From: Octopus vulgaris | Lineage: Eukaryota | Direction of reading: 5' to 3' | Length of the DNA stretch: 64,000 nt | NCBI GenBank assembly: GCA_951406725.2 | Contig: OX597823.1 | Location: 106,950,001-107,014,000, forward strand | In this document: positions 1 to 14,829 of the stretch, piece by piece | Position numbering within the stretch: position 1 is the stretch's first letter | Layout: each line of letters begins with the position of its first letter | Translations under genes and position numbers: made by a program | Notes under the pieces: model-generated | What the model was told of the DNA's origin: nothing | Databases searched by the model: none | Seen by the model: the letters and a program-made list of their open reading frames with translations, nothing else

Positions 1-95
1 TTTAAATTGATGTAATAATTGCATTATTCAATTAAATCGAGCTGCTTGAAACGGTCATACTGCATTATCTTTGGATGTCCTTGTTGCTTATTTTG

Positions 96-157
<62 letters not shown>

Positions 158-166
<9 letters not shown>

Positions 167-505
167 CAATGTACATTGAAACACATAAGGAATCCAATCG
201 TGGGATTCAACACGCTAGAAAGAACAGCTAGGTTCTATAACCACAAAATTAGGGATAAAATTCAACAGGAACGAAATGAAAAAATAAAAACATTTTACCA
301 TCTAGTTTCCTGGACCAATTGGTTTCTGATTTTAGTTTAGCAAGCAAATACCATTTACCCGCTAGGTGAAATATTTCTCAACAGGTACACCTTAGATTAA
401 ATATAAAAACACGAGGTGATCAACTATGTACCTCTTGTTTATACATCCTAATTTTTTCGAAATCTACGGATTCCTTATTTGTTTAGATGTACACTGTATT
501 TTATA
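158..505. mobile_element. MITE-like element or inverted repeat with ~38-bp imperfect arms
   Basis: 158-195 TATAAAATACAATGTACATTGAAACACATAAGGAATCC is the reverse complement (4 mismatches) of 468-505. The inner ends read TA-CA(A/G)TG...CACTG-TA, as in Tc1-type MITEs. Confidence 0.6.
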
Positions 506-628
506 ACTAGTACATAGTCTCTGGACTAAATTTTTACACGTTAGGCCACTTGAAATGGTAATTTCTATAAATTTCCATTTCCCTTTGATATGATTAAGTA
601 TATATATATATATATCACTTATATCTCA

Positions 629-699
629 CGTATTAATCGCTGAAGAGGGGAAAATTCTTATGAATTAACCCCGAAATTGGGACCAATACGGTAATAACG
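629..699 (+). ncRNA. Type I hammerhead ribozyme, copy 1
   Basis: ATCG-CTGAAGA(640-646)-GGGG..AATTC TTAT GAATT..CCCC-GAAA-TTGG GA CCAA-TA-CGGT. Predicted cleavage after 688. Stem I has one extra mismatch compared with copy 2. Confidence 0.75.
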
Positions 700-1084
700 G
701 ATTTTTTAGAAATTTCTATCAGTTTATTTCGAGACGCATGAATTATAATGGTTATTGACAATTTTTGTCTTTTTTTCGGCATATTTGGCATTAGAATTTT
801 TCTTGTAAATTATTTATAAATTTATCCTTTAAAGGTATTTTTTGATATGCTGGGCATTGATAAAAAATTTTTCCCGAAAAAAATTTTATCCTACATTAGT
901 TATAAATTGAATAGTGTTCACTTCCGGATTCTCTCACTCTGTGAAAGTTTCTAGTTCGAATCATACGTGTCTCGAGATGTGCCGAAGATTTTCTATTTTG
1001 GATATATTTGGGGTACTTAGGTCTGCTCGGGACTTAGTGCTTGCTTTTTCCATGGGTATGAGTAAGTATTTCACTTATATCTCA

Positions 1085-1155
1085 CGTATTTATCGCTGAA
1101 GAGGGGACAATTCTTATGAATTAACCCCGAAATTGGGACCAATACGGTAATAACG
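1085..1155 (+). ncRNA. Type I hammerhead ribozyme, copy 2 (canonical core)
   Basis: TTATCG-CTGAAGA(1096-1102)-GGGG..CCCC-GAAA-TTGG GA CCAA-TA-CGGTAA. Stem I has 6 bp, extended by CGT/ACG across a 2x2 internal loop. Predicted cleavage after 1144. Confidence 0.8.
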
Positions 1156-1279
1156 GATTGTTTAGAAATTTCTATCGGTTTGTTTCGAGACGCATAAATT
1201 ATAATGGTTATTAACAATTTTTGTCTTTTTTTCAGCATATTTGGCATTAGAATTTTTCTTTTGCCCTTATCTTGTAAAT

Positions 1280-1328
<49 letters not shown>

Positions 1329-1330
<2 letters not shown>

Positions 1331-1650
1331 CGGGAAGCTTTATGAAAATAAACAAAAGACGAAGGCAGGTGGAAAACAAACGAACAATTGTATTAGTATG
1401 GCGCTCAGGAAATATAAATAAAACAAGTCTTTAACGTTTCGAGCCTACGCTCTTCAACAGAAAGATACACAGAGAGAGAAAAACACAGAAAGAAGGAGAG
1501 AAAAAAATGCGTGCAGTAGCTAACGAATCAACATGGCGATCTGATTTCGGCCAGAGGTCAAAGATCAAACATGAGACGCGAGAGCGAAATAAGGGGAGAT
1601 AATAGGGTTGATAAAAGGGTTGAGGGACCAGCTAAAAGTGCGTGGGAGAT
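1329..1650 (-). mobile_element. Short Penelope-tail-like repeat with minimal hammerhead variant (1428-1465)
   Basis: Reverse complement reads TCTTT-CTGTTGA-A-GAGC GTAG GCTC-GAAA-CG-TT-AAAGA. Homologous to 3130-3320 and 60800-60995; sits next to (TA)n. Confidence 0.65.
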
Positions 1651-2486
1651 ATAAACATATATATATATATATAAACATATACATATATATGTGTAGGTGT
1701 TTGCGCGCGCGCGAATGTGTTATGCTGATAAACATATGTATCATATATACGAATATAATATTCATACAAAAGTGCACCTAATTAGTATTGAAATTAAATA
1801 AGAAGCAAGGTATACAATGTTGAAAAGTAGTCTACCCCAATTATGTAGTATTTCCACCATTGTCGTCGTTGCCATTGGAGACGTTCTTCACGTAACTGTT
1901 GCTCTTGTTTGTATTGTTTTTTTTACTTCTGTTTGTTAATATTTATTCTTATAAATTCTTGAAGCTAAGAATAACACCGAGAAAATTAACAATTAAGAGA
2001 AGGCAATAAAGCTCTAACAATGAAAGCATTCAAATTTAACTTACTGAGCAGCTGCCCTTGGCTTTATTGTATATTCTCAGCGCACACTGTTTCTGCACTG
2101 CACAATAGCATTGAAAAAACAATTATGTAAAAATCTGTAATGATATATAGATCGTCAAAACTGTTTGGAGTATGTCTCTTCATGTCGTTATTATTCAGTG
2201 AGTTTCGAATATAATGATGATATTAAACTAATGTGTAATTTCTTCCCAAATACTCGATTACGAAATATCAACGGGGATTCGGGATATACGTACATTGTGC
2301 GTGAAGAGACTTTGCGTGTGTGTGCGTGTGTGTGTGTATGTGTGTGTGTGTGTGTGTGTATGTGGGTGTGTGCCAATAAGAGAGTGTTTATTATTATTAA
2401 AATTATCTGATTTCTACTTTTTCAATGCTCCGAGGGATACGTGTTTTTCATTCAACATATGTAAAAAGTTTTCAAAGCTATATAAC

Positions 2487-2636
<150 letters not shown>

Positions 2637-2839
2637 TACCTACACACATACATATATACATTTGTATGGGATTGGGTTTGTATGTATATATATATATATA
2701 TATATATATACATTAAGAACAATCTTAGAAATGGATGCGTGCGTTCCGTCATATTTTAAATTAATAAATAAATAAAACATATACATATATATATACATAT
2801 ATGTACGTACCTACCTCTACATGTATATATACATGCATA

Positions 2840-2980
2840 TATGGGTACAGGACACCAGAAAACGTCGAACACAATGAGAAACGAAAACATAAACACAAAA
2901 CCAAGGAACTGGACATTTTTTAAACAACGAAAACATAGAGTACAGGACATACAAAACAAGGAAAATTCCCCTTCTTCAGG
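2840..2980. mobile_element. Interspersed repeat fragment (unclassified)
   Basis: Internally repeated GTACAGGACA...AAACGAAAAC motifs between microsatellites. Confidence 0.35.
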
Positions 2981-3024
2981 TATGTATGTATATATGCATA
3001 TATTTTATTTATTTATTAATTTAT

Positions 3025-3064
<40 letters not shown>

Positions 3065-3074
3065 TATATGTACT

Positions 3075-3315
3075 TACTTTTTACCTCCCCTACTTTCCTT
3101 CTCCTGTCTGACCCCTCTGTCCGGCACTAGTCGCCATGATAGATCGTTATCCACTACACATATTTTTTTCTCTCCTTGTTTTTTCTGTGTACTTTTCTTT
3201 AGAAGAGCGTAGGCTCGAAACGTAAAAGAAGTTTTCTATTCCCGAGCGTTATACTAATACATCTGTTTGTTTTGTACACCACCTGTCTTCGTCTTTTGTT
3301 TTTTTCGTAAACTTT

Positions 3316-3320
<5 letters not shown>
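3075..3320 (+). mobile_element. Short Penelope-tail-like repeat with degenerate hammerhead (3192-3228)
   Basis: CTTTT-CTTTAGA-A-GAGC GTAG GCTC-GAAA-CG-TA-AAAG. Same family as 1329-1650; ends in (TA)n. Confidence 0.6.
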
Positions 3321-3364
<44 letters not shown>

Positions 3365-3549
3365 TGTATTTCGAAAATACATACACACGCTCATACACTC
3401 ACACACACATACACACACTCATACACACACTCACACACACACATATGAGTATAGCAGAATTTGCAAAGGGTAAGAAATCTAATGAACCAGTTTATTGTAT
3501 TTTCGGACAAACTAGAACTCTCGAAACTTCTCCAACACTCACCCTTCTA

Positions 3550-3707
3550 CAGTAGCTGTGTGGTAAGTAGCTTGCTTATCAACCACACGATTCCAGGTTC
3601 AGTCCCACTGCGTGGCATTTCGGGCAAGTGTCTTCTACTATAGTCTCGGGCCGACCAAAGCCTTGTGAGTAGATTTGGCAGACGGGAACTGAAAGAAGCC
3701 TGTTGTA

Positions 3708-3710
<3 letters not shown>
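3550..3710 (+). mobile_element. tRNA-derived SINE, family A (head)
   Basis: GCTGTGTGGTAAG...GGTTCAGTCCC A/B-box-like head. Five copies in the window. Confidence 0.85.
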
Positions 3711-3761
<51 letters not shown>

Positions 3762-3765
<4 letters not shown>

Positions 3766-4061
3766 CGTGATCGACCAGGCTATCAGATGTTGCTACACAT
3801 CGCTGGTCACAATGCGCTTCGCATTGTTTTAGCCTTCAAATGATGCCACTCCGCTGGCGAAGAGAGCAGGCCAACAGAAGAAAGAGTGAGAGAATGTTGT
3901 GGCGAAAGAGTACAGCAGGGATCGCCACCATCCCCTGCTGGAGCCTTGTGGAGCTTTAGGTGTTTTTGCTCAATAAACACTCACAACGCCTGGTCTGGGT
4001 ATCGAAACCGCGATCCTACGACCGCGAGTCCGCTGCCTTAACGACTGGGCCATTGCGCCTC

Positions 4062-4063
<2 letters not shown>
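3762..4063 (-). mobile_element. tRNA-derived SINE, family B
   Basis: Reverse-complement head GGAGGCGCAATGGCCCAGT...GGTTTCGATACC. Homologous to 5490-5798 and 52718-52878. Confidence 0.85.
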
Positions 4064-4132
<69 letters not shown>

Positions 4133-4361
4133 TATATTACCTACATACATATACATACATATACATACATTCATACATGTTTCTGCGTGCTATGTTAATG
4201 TCTCTGTGTGCACGCGCACGTGTGCATATTTTATTTTTATCTTTATTTATTCTCTTGATATGCTTAATTGATTGCATCGCCGCGCCTCCCGCCTTCTCGA
4301 AACTATTGGAATGTAGAAATTTGTATAATATACTTTATCTAAGAGCAATAACATCATATTT

Positions 4362-4438
<77 letters not shown>

Positions 4439-4495
4439 TGTAGTAGTAGTAGTAGTAGTAGTAGTAGTTGTAGTAGTAGTAGTAGTCGTCGTCGT
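4362..4495. repeat. (TAG)n microsatellite
   Basis: Seen directly. Confidence 0.95.
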
Positions 4496-4635
4496 TGATG
4501 TTGCAAATACTAACACACACATACACTCTTATACACGATCATTTACATACATATTCACTCACACAGTAACACTCATAGACTCACACACTCTGCTGTATTC
4601 AATGCCCCACCCCATGCACACAATGTGTCGTAATA

Positions 4636-4689
<54 letters not shown>

Positions 4690-4849
4690 TATATATAAAG
4701 CTATGAAGTTATCTTTTTCCAGATGTGCGTATGTATGCATATATAAAGAGATATATCTATCTATTTATATATATATATATGCGTGTGCGCATGTGTGCGT
4801 GTGTTTGTATGTATGCAGTGGTGTGTATGTATGTATGCAGTGGTGTGTA

Positions 4850-4895
<46 letters not shown>

Positions 4896-5026
4896 ATGAC
4901 TATCGTCTGCATTTATGGCTGTTACATGCACTGACATATGGATGCGGACATTCACAGACAGACGCACGCATACACAAATAATTGGAGTCGATAGTTACAT
5001 AAATGAAAAAAATCAATACACACACA

Positions 5027-5071
<45 letters not shown>

Positions 5072-5078
5072 ACACACA

Positions 5079-5114
<36 letters not shown>

Positions 5115-5489
5115 CAGACACATATAGAAATATGCATATGCACCAGGTGGCATCGAATCATGTATACGTGATTCATAATGACGTAATCGTCCTAGGTTAA
5201 CAAACAATTGGATGCCAAAGTCAGAATCTGCTATTATGAGATAGTGAAAATTTTACACGGCCGTTCTCTGCAATTTGCAAGTACATAGCCCACATCGTGT
5301 AGCGTTTCCGGGTTTGCTTTTTGATATGGGTTGAGATTTTGTTTAAAGCGCAAACTTCTATTTTTGCAAAACAGATGCAAGTTATTTTCCTTTTGTCTGC
5401 TTCAGTATGTCATGCTTTGGTTTAGGAAGATACTGTTTAATATATTTCTTTCATATCATGCTTTCTCTAATGATCATATTCATCAACTT

Positions 5490-5798
5490 TCGTCGCCCTT
5501 TTCAAGCCTAGCCAGGCTCGAGGGCCCGGTTTCCCTGTTTCTGTGGCGTATGTGTTCCCCCCAGATGGACGGGACGCCAGTCCATCGCAGCGTTACTAAA
5601 AAAAACAGGAAGAGAGAGTGAGAGAAGGTTGTGGCGAAAGAATACAACAGGGGGCGCCACCACCCCCTGCCGGACCGTCGTGGAGCTTTTAGGTGTTTTC
5701 GCTCAATAAACACACACAGCGCCAGGTCTGGGAATCGAAACTGCGATCCTCCGACCGCGAGTCCGCTGCCCTAAACACTGGGCCATTGCGCCTCCACC
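5490..5798 (-). mobile_element. tRNA-derived SINE, family B, with 12-bp TSD
   Basis: ATTCATCAACTT at 5478-5489 and 5799-5810 flanks the element. Confidence 0.88.
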
Positions 5799-8700
5799 AT
5801 TCATCAACTTACATTGTTAAATATAACTGTAAAAGAAGTAGCATTAGGCAAGAGTAAAAGCTATCACTGTTGCAATAGCGCTTGACTAAAAAGCAGGAAA
5901 GGGCAATCTAGTTTAAGCTTGCGTACCCCAATACCGATTGTTACAAAAGTGTTATCTTCAAAGGCAGACTATGCAACCAATACAACGAGACATTTCACCC
6001 GATCAGCTCCAGCTGCTCAGTCTTTGCCAAATCATAGTATATTCATTGACATAATTGATTCTGGGAGTTTGATCACTGGGCAATATCGTGGAACTTCGAC
6101 GTAAAAACGGATAGAAACAGGTATATGAATTTATCAAACACGATACATCACAATGGTATGGCCACAACAATATGTTATATGCTCACCCAGACTGATTAAG
6201 AAGATCGGATAAACTGTTCAGATATTATAAACAATAGGAATGAAAATATCTTGATTTTCTCGATCACTTCATAACAAATCTTTCCAGAATAAATAGTGAA
6301 CAAACCGACCAAGAACAGAGATCTTGAAACTGAAGTATGTGTGAAGTGGGCCATAAAAATGTAAACAGTGGCAATAATAAATAGAACATTAGATGCAGAA
6401 TCCTATGGAAAAAGATATTGAAGCGTACAATTGAAGCGTACAATTCAAACGAACACTTTCTGCATACAAGAGGCAGCCTATAGAATAACCACCTAATAAA
6501 ATTACATAACTTATACAGAACTTACTCTTGGAGTTACCAAAAGACGATGTATTACACAGACATTACTCTACATAATCACCACACAAACTAGACGACCAAT
6601 TGCTCACCAAAGAAAATCTCATGATTCACATTCTATACAATTGTTTATCTAATAATATAACGCACTGCACACAGCATATATGAAAGTCAAACTTAACCTC
6701 GAAAAATAACACAACTCCACGTTAAGCAACCTATTCTATGCAGCGGTTTAAACACTAAAATGACACCGTAAACCAGAAACGAGATCTCGCAACAATACAA
6801 AGCTGATGAAGAGTACAAATATGTAACCAGGACCCCCAATGACAGAGATACGTCATTGCGCGGATTATATGTGATGTGACTCAGTGAAAGACAAGACTGT
6901 GCCTTTTGGATTACATGTACAATCCACTCTATAGGATTCAATGCAGTTTTCTTTGCTATGAAGCGACCTGAAGCGAACTTGTTAAGCATTCGACCATGCT
7001 GCACCTGCAAACACACACACAAACACATGCGCGCGCGCACATACACACACACTCACAAACAAACAAACACACGCACTCGCACACGCACACACAAATACAT
7101 GTATATATTGAGGGATTGCACGTGCGCACAAGGCCGTACAATTGAGGACATGTGCATAATAGATGAAAGTGATTCCCAAGATGACTAATACAATTTTTGA
7201 CCTGTTTAATGACAAGAGAGAACGCCATGCATCCGTGTAATTTTTTTAATCATTATTTTGAGTTTTTGCTCCGACTTTGAAGAAGGTTAAAAATAATTTT
7301 TTAAATTTATTAAACATAACGATCTATTTGCTGCTTTTTCCACGCAAGACCTTCATCAAGGGGCCTGGTTCAATATGACGATCAGTGGAGTAAATCTCCC
7401 CTGAATCACTTGACAGGTTTCTTACTAATGGCACAAAGTAACATGTACATTTGAGGAGATTTATATATTTAAGCACTTACATTATTTGTTTATTTGACTG
7501 AAAGGAAAAGGCTACGTCGGCAGGATCTGAACTCAAAACATACACTAATAATAACGATGTTAATATATTTCAAATAACACCAACTATAATGACAATTCGA
7601 TAAATAATAATAACGGCACCAATGATGAAAAACGAAAACAGAAAAATAAAAGAGTTGTTTTGTTTCGTTTTTTGTCTGGTTGTTTTTATAATGCAATGTT
7701 TTTCTATGTAATATATAGATATATTTCTATATCAAATAGATATCTTATTAAAAAGACTTATGAAACGAATAAAGCAATTAATATTCATAACTTTCTCTTC
7801 TAACAGTCTCCTGCTGTACTAGAACTGCATCTGAATTAGGCGCCATATTTATTCACCGATTGAAATCATATTTACTTTTGGCAGACATTTTATTCTAGAA
7901 GAATTTATCAATTGGTGAGGAAAATATTTATTTTCTTCCGATGAACTTTAGAAAGTTTATTGCGTCATCCATTTAAAGTTGCTTCAGTGTGTTATTTTTC
8001 GTGTTTAAGTAGGATATATGTGTGCCTCCTCCCTAACTCTAAAACATACATACAAGCATACCCTCGTATGATATATATATTTAATACGTTATGTGTAAGC
8101 ATATGTGTGTGAGAGAAAGAGAGAGACTATGTGTATGTGTATTTCAAGAATACTGACCCAGAGGACCTACGATCAGCGCCAAATAAAATACAGGAGTACA
8201 ATCGCAATCCAAAGATAGCGCCTCCGCATAGTCACTCGAGCTGGTCGAAGTTGCTGTTAAATCTACCTCAAATTATACTCTGTCGATTTAATAAAGGAAT
8301 GATTTGAGAAAAAAAATCCTAGAAATATAAACTCTGAAGCTAAAATAGTATAGTCACAGCTGCAATGCATTTAACTATAGATCTTCCCGATCATAAATGA
8401 TCCAGGGCTAAAAGTCAACCAAGACATCAAAAGGAATATATTTGCGTTTATTTCGAGAATTTCGTGTGTCAGAATTTGCTATTCTTTCTGTAGCTATAAA
8501 TATATTTAGAGAATTCCGAGTTCAAAGTTAAGCAAGCTTTATTTTTGACCCAGTTGATGCTTAAAATCATATTGTTTGTTTGCACAAATCTATATAGATT
8601 AGGGAAGAAGTAATGAACAGCATGACAAACAAAAAATTCTCTGTTAACTGAAATTTCCTTTTTAATTGGAGAAGGTGAAGGAAAAAATAATTTTACTTCA

Positions 8701-9539
8701 TTGTCATTATAAAATGTCTGTATAGCTGACTGAACTGCCCACTTAACCAGCAGGATAGCACTATTCGAAAGCTGCAACAATGCCAGGAAGCAGAGTATTG
8801 TGAACAGCGGTGTAGACAAAAATCCGATAGTATCTTCGATTACAGTCAGACAGCGATGTAGCTAACATTTCGGTTGAAAAGACGTAGTAATGGAAAAATT
8901 AATGACCTTCAAACATTTCCCACATTTCACTATCGTTAAATATTGAGGCCGCACCTTCGTTTTTATCTTCTTCCTACGACACATTTTCCCGAAGCAGATA
9001 TTACTAGTAAACATGGCTTTAAGGGCGCACAACTTCCCCTCCGGTGGAGAAATAGAATATCATCAAAATCCTCCATTCACCTATTCGGATGGTCAGAAAA
9101 AAGTAGTCATTGCTATTCCTTTCTTCGTTCGACTCATCCTTTTTAATGGCTGCTTCTCTTGTTACATGGATGTTTGTATGTTGTTAAAATATTTAGAGCC
9201 TTAAGGGCTTTTTCTTTCAAGAATCAGCTATGTGGACAATTGATAATTGTCAAGTTAATAAAATAGACCGTTTAATACAATACTGAATGGATTTCTTAAT
9301 TCATCAAATATTTATTGTTGAAACGAGAAAAACAATTCAAATTAAATAATTGTATAAACTTTATACGACATACTTCATTCCATTAAGCTTCAACATCATT
9401 AATGAAAAATAAAATGGCAAGATGGTTCTATCTTTTGCAATAAATAGGAAGAAACAACTAACAAACGTGCGTGTATGTGTATGTATATATATGTATACAC
9501 ACATACTGATATTTTCGCGCGCTAATAATATATATACAT

Positions 9540-9759
<220 letters not shown>

Positions 9760-10355
9760 GACAGACAGACAGACAGGGAGTATAAACGGGATAAATTTTC
9801 CTGAGCGGATACCGCAATATATCTCTAATTGGTTTTGATGCCGGCTATCCCGAACGGTCCATGACATAGCACTGAAGCTTAGAAAGAAATACTGGTGCTG
9901 GTAAACTTCAATCGTTAGGTAATGCCGTGTTCCTATTCAGAACTGCGAATATTCCGAAGAGTATTTAATAACTTTATTCTAACGGAAATAACTTTACTCT
10001 AACGGAAATAGCAGCAGAGATTATTATAAGACCAGTATTCCATTGAATAGAAACAGTTACAGGGTTACCTTCAACTGAATACGAACGCGGGACACTTGTT
10101 TGAATAAGTTCACTTTGAAACATCGTGAGTGATGGACCCTTGAGGAAATTGTAACGACTAGAGTGCATAATTGTATACGAAGCAATGTGCAGTCGCTGCA
10201 GTAGAAATATTTGTAGGTCTGATGTATATACTGTAGAAAACTTTTAAATAAAGTTTTCAGATGTGATTAAAATCTCCATTCTTCTCTTCGTTAACACACA
10301 CAAACACACACACACACACAAAAATTCAGACACAGACACACACAAACACATACAC

Positions 10356-10411
<56 letters not shown>

Positions 10412-10412
10412 T

Positions 10413-10578
10413 ACGACAAGCTTCTTTCAGTTTCCGTCTACCAAATCCACTCACAAGGCATTGGTCGGCCCGGGGCTATAGCAGAAGACACTTGCCCATG
10501 ATGCCACGCAGTGGGACTGAACCCGGAACCATGTGGTTGGTTAGCAATCTACTTACCACACAGCCACCCCTGCGCCTA
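10413..10578 (-). mobile_element. tRNA-derived SINE, family A
   Basis: Reverse complement of the 3550-3710 family. Confidence 0.85.
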
Positions 10579-11157
10579 TGTGTACATCAGTTCAAATTTG
10601 GGCTATCATACGATGTAGATTGCTGTTTAGCCGAGTAATAGTACATGCTTATCTAATCTTATAAAATAATGTTTGTTTAAATTTAGATGTGGTAAAATAA
10701 ATGACTTGCGTGAAGCGTTACTGAAACTTCTACACCTATGGTTGAGAAAAAACGATTGTGTAACAATTTAAAAAACATTTTGATACGGCGATAAAGACTT
10801 GGTGCCTAAAAGTGGAGCTACACCAACTTAGGTTACTGTTACTTGTTTTATTTTTAATGGAGGAAAATAGTTGATAATCTTTAATTTTATTTATTTGTAA
10901 TAATGTATTGTTTCTATTTCTTTCTTGCTAATGTTGTTTGTACATCCTTGTCATATAGTTTTTGTTTGTTTGTTTGTGTGTGTGTGTGTGTAAGAGAGAG
11001 TGAGAGTAGGGAAGAAAAGAGAGATGTTTCTAGGTTTATATAAGTTCTTACGTTCTGGGGAGATGCAGTTACTGCTGTTTCGAGAGTGGCACTTCGTTTC
11101 TGAGACGTGTGTGCGTGTGTGTGCGCGTGTGTTTGCGAGTGTGTATGTTTGTTATTG

Positions 11158-11195
<38 letters not shown>

Positions 11196-11347
11196 CTGTA
11201 TATGTATATATTTATATATGTATTTGTTTATTTATCTATTTATCTATCTCTCTATCTCTCTATCTATCTACCTATCTTATCTCTCTCTCTATCTACCTAT
11301 CTTATCTCTCTCTCTCTATCTATCTATATTGTGTATATGTATGTATG

Positions 11348-11378
<31 letters not shown>

Positions 11379-12234
11379 GTATATATATATATATGCATAT
11401 GTGTATATATATGTGTATGTATATATAAATATATATGTATATATATTTGTGTGTGTCTGTGTGTGTGTATACAGATTAGTTTGTACTTGAATACTTGCGT
11501 GTGTCAGTATGAACGTGTGTCGGGAAAGTGTTATAACATCTGGTGTTAAATTATATTCACTTACCTCTTACCACTATGTGATATTAATCGAAAGCATTAG
11601 AAAAAACACAAATACCAATAACAAAATAAGCCAAAAAAAAAAAAAAAAGCTCACCAAAATGCTCTGAAAGTCATGCATTGGAAAAAGAAATGAAAATAAA
11701 AGCGAAAAATGAGTAAATGTGGAATAAAAACAAAATAAGAGAAGGAAAAAATTGTAAGGGTCATTTGTAAATAATATAATTGAAAAACAGTGAAATAATA
11801 ATGGAATTTCTGTGGTGGCGGAAATCGAATTAGTTTCTAGTCATTGTTTCTAGTGTGCGATCGTGTTCAGTACCTGTTTCACCACAAAGCGGGCTTTTGA
11901 TGTCATTTAATAGACACGGTGGCCTCTTTACTGCGATACTATTTAATAGAGCATGTGATAAACAAAAGCTGCTTCATAAACACAGCAGCGAGCAGAATGA
12001 AATATTCTGCTTCTTTTTTTTTTTTTTTTTTCTTTCCCTCATCATTTTATTTTTGTTGATTTGTTTCTTGCTGTTGTTGCTGTTATCTTTGATGCAGAAA
12101 TTGTTGGTGTTTTTGTTGACCAAACCGAATATACACATTTCGACTGAAAAAGAAAATAAAACGTGTAGTAGCAGTGGCAGCAGTAGCAGCAGTAGCAGCA
12201 TGGCAGCAATAAGATCAAGAATAGTAGCATGAAT

Positions 12235-13493
<1,259 letters not shown>

Positions 13494-13928
13494 GTGCGAT
13501 CACCATAAAACAGTATTTCGTCGATTAGGTTACGGTCAACTCGACTTTCGCACTCAATCGCCAAAATTGCATTTTTGACCATTTCCGTACAGAGCAAAAA
13601 AGATGGGAAATAAGTGGTGGTGGTGGTGGCGGTGGCGGTGGGAAGAAACAGAATAGGGAGACGCTAAGAGAAAGAAGAAGAAGAAGAAGAAGAAGAAGAA
13701 GAAGAAGAAGAAGAAGAAGAAGAACAACAACAACAACAACAACAGCAACAACAACAACAACAAGCGGATTGACTATATCGATACTTACAGCTTCAACTAG
13801 CGCTAAATGGTCTTTTGTATACGGCTTCAAAACCGCAAATTTATAGTGAATTGTTGAGATATGAAAGAACATATATCATTCACGTTTTTCTCAAGATATT
13901 AAAAAGCGCTCTTTATTGCCACCTCTCA

Positions 13929-14014
<86 letters not shown>

Positions 14015-14370
14015 GGTATGAATGACGAAGCCACATTGAGCATAATCCTATGAACCCGGAAAATTTTTAAACAGTGAGTTACTTGCAAATAAATGTGTTA
14101 ACATGTGACATTATTGACCGAGGTTACCGTGGCCTTTTCCCATAGGCTTTTCTTTCCACGGATAAACTCTATCTGCTTTCCCCTTTAGACTTTACATCAC
14201 GACATTTCTGTGATACACGATCCCTATTGATCGTTTTTTTCCCTTTTGATCGAAAACCTAACCCACTTGTTTTTTTCCCATTGTTTTTTCTTTTCTCCCC
14301 ACAAAGAAGAGTTCTACTTTGTAATCTGTCCTGTCTGTGTGCAGCCCTGTGTAGCTAATAAAGAAACATA
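14015..14370 (+). mobile_element. 3' end of Tx1/L1-like LINE (short copy)
   Basis: Reverse-complement homology to 18043-18385. AATAAA at 14357. (TATC)n on both sides. Confidence 0.85.
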
Positions 14371-14378
14371 TCTGTCTG

Positions 14379-14457
<79 letters not shown>

Positions 14458-14829
14458 GACTATCTGTCTGTCTATATATCTATATATCTACCTATCAATT
14501 TATCGATGTATCTATCTCTGACATCATATATAGGCAGAGTCTTTAGGGCAAAAAGCAAGTATTTTCTCAACTTTGTGTTGCAAGCTCAATTATAGCAGAA
14601 GTCAATTCCTTTTCATCTTTCAGTACAAATTAAGTGCGAGTCCAGGGCAGTGGTTGAAAGAATTGTTAGTGTCGAACTTACGATGTTTGTTCCGCTCTTT
14701 TACAGCTTGACTTCTTGTGTGGTTGGCTTAATCTGTGGTCCGTTTGACAACAATACTCGATGGTTGATTTTGGCAACCTTCAATCTGTTGCAAGCATTCG
14801 AAGCATGTCACACGCTCACACGCACATTT

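Larger units (their letters stand above)
615..1281 (+). mobile_element. Retrozyme-like / Penelope pLTR-type partial tandem repeat (unit 456 bp) with two hammerheads
   Basis: Direct repeat 615-812 = 1071-1281 (offset 456). Each copy holds a hammerhead motif. (TA)n flanks both ends. Confidence 0.75.

Noticed and set aside
5900-7300. Possible decayed Penelope RT (NEHFLHTRG-like remnant near 6450) and TTGAAGAAGG at ~7276
   Set aside because: Only isolated motif-like words; cannot be supported without a profile search.
8469-8819. ORF resembling the N-terminal part of a DNA transposase (QTFYNDNEV)
   Set aside because: Resemblance is too weak; no catalytic motif or TIRs identified.
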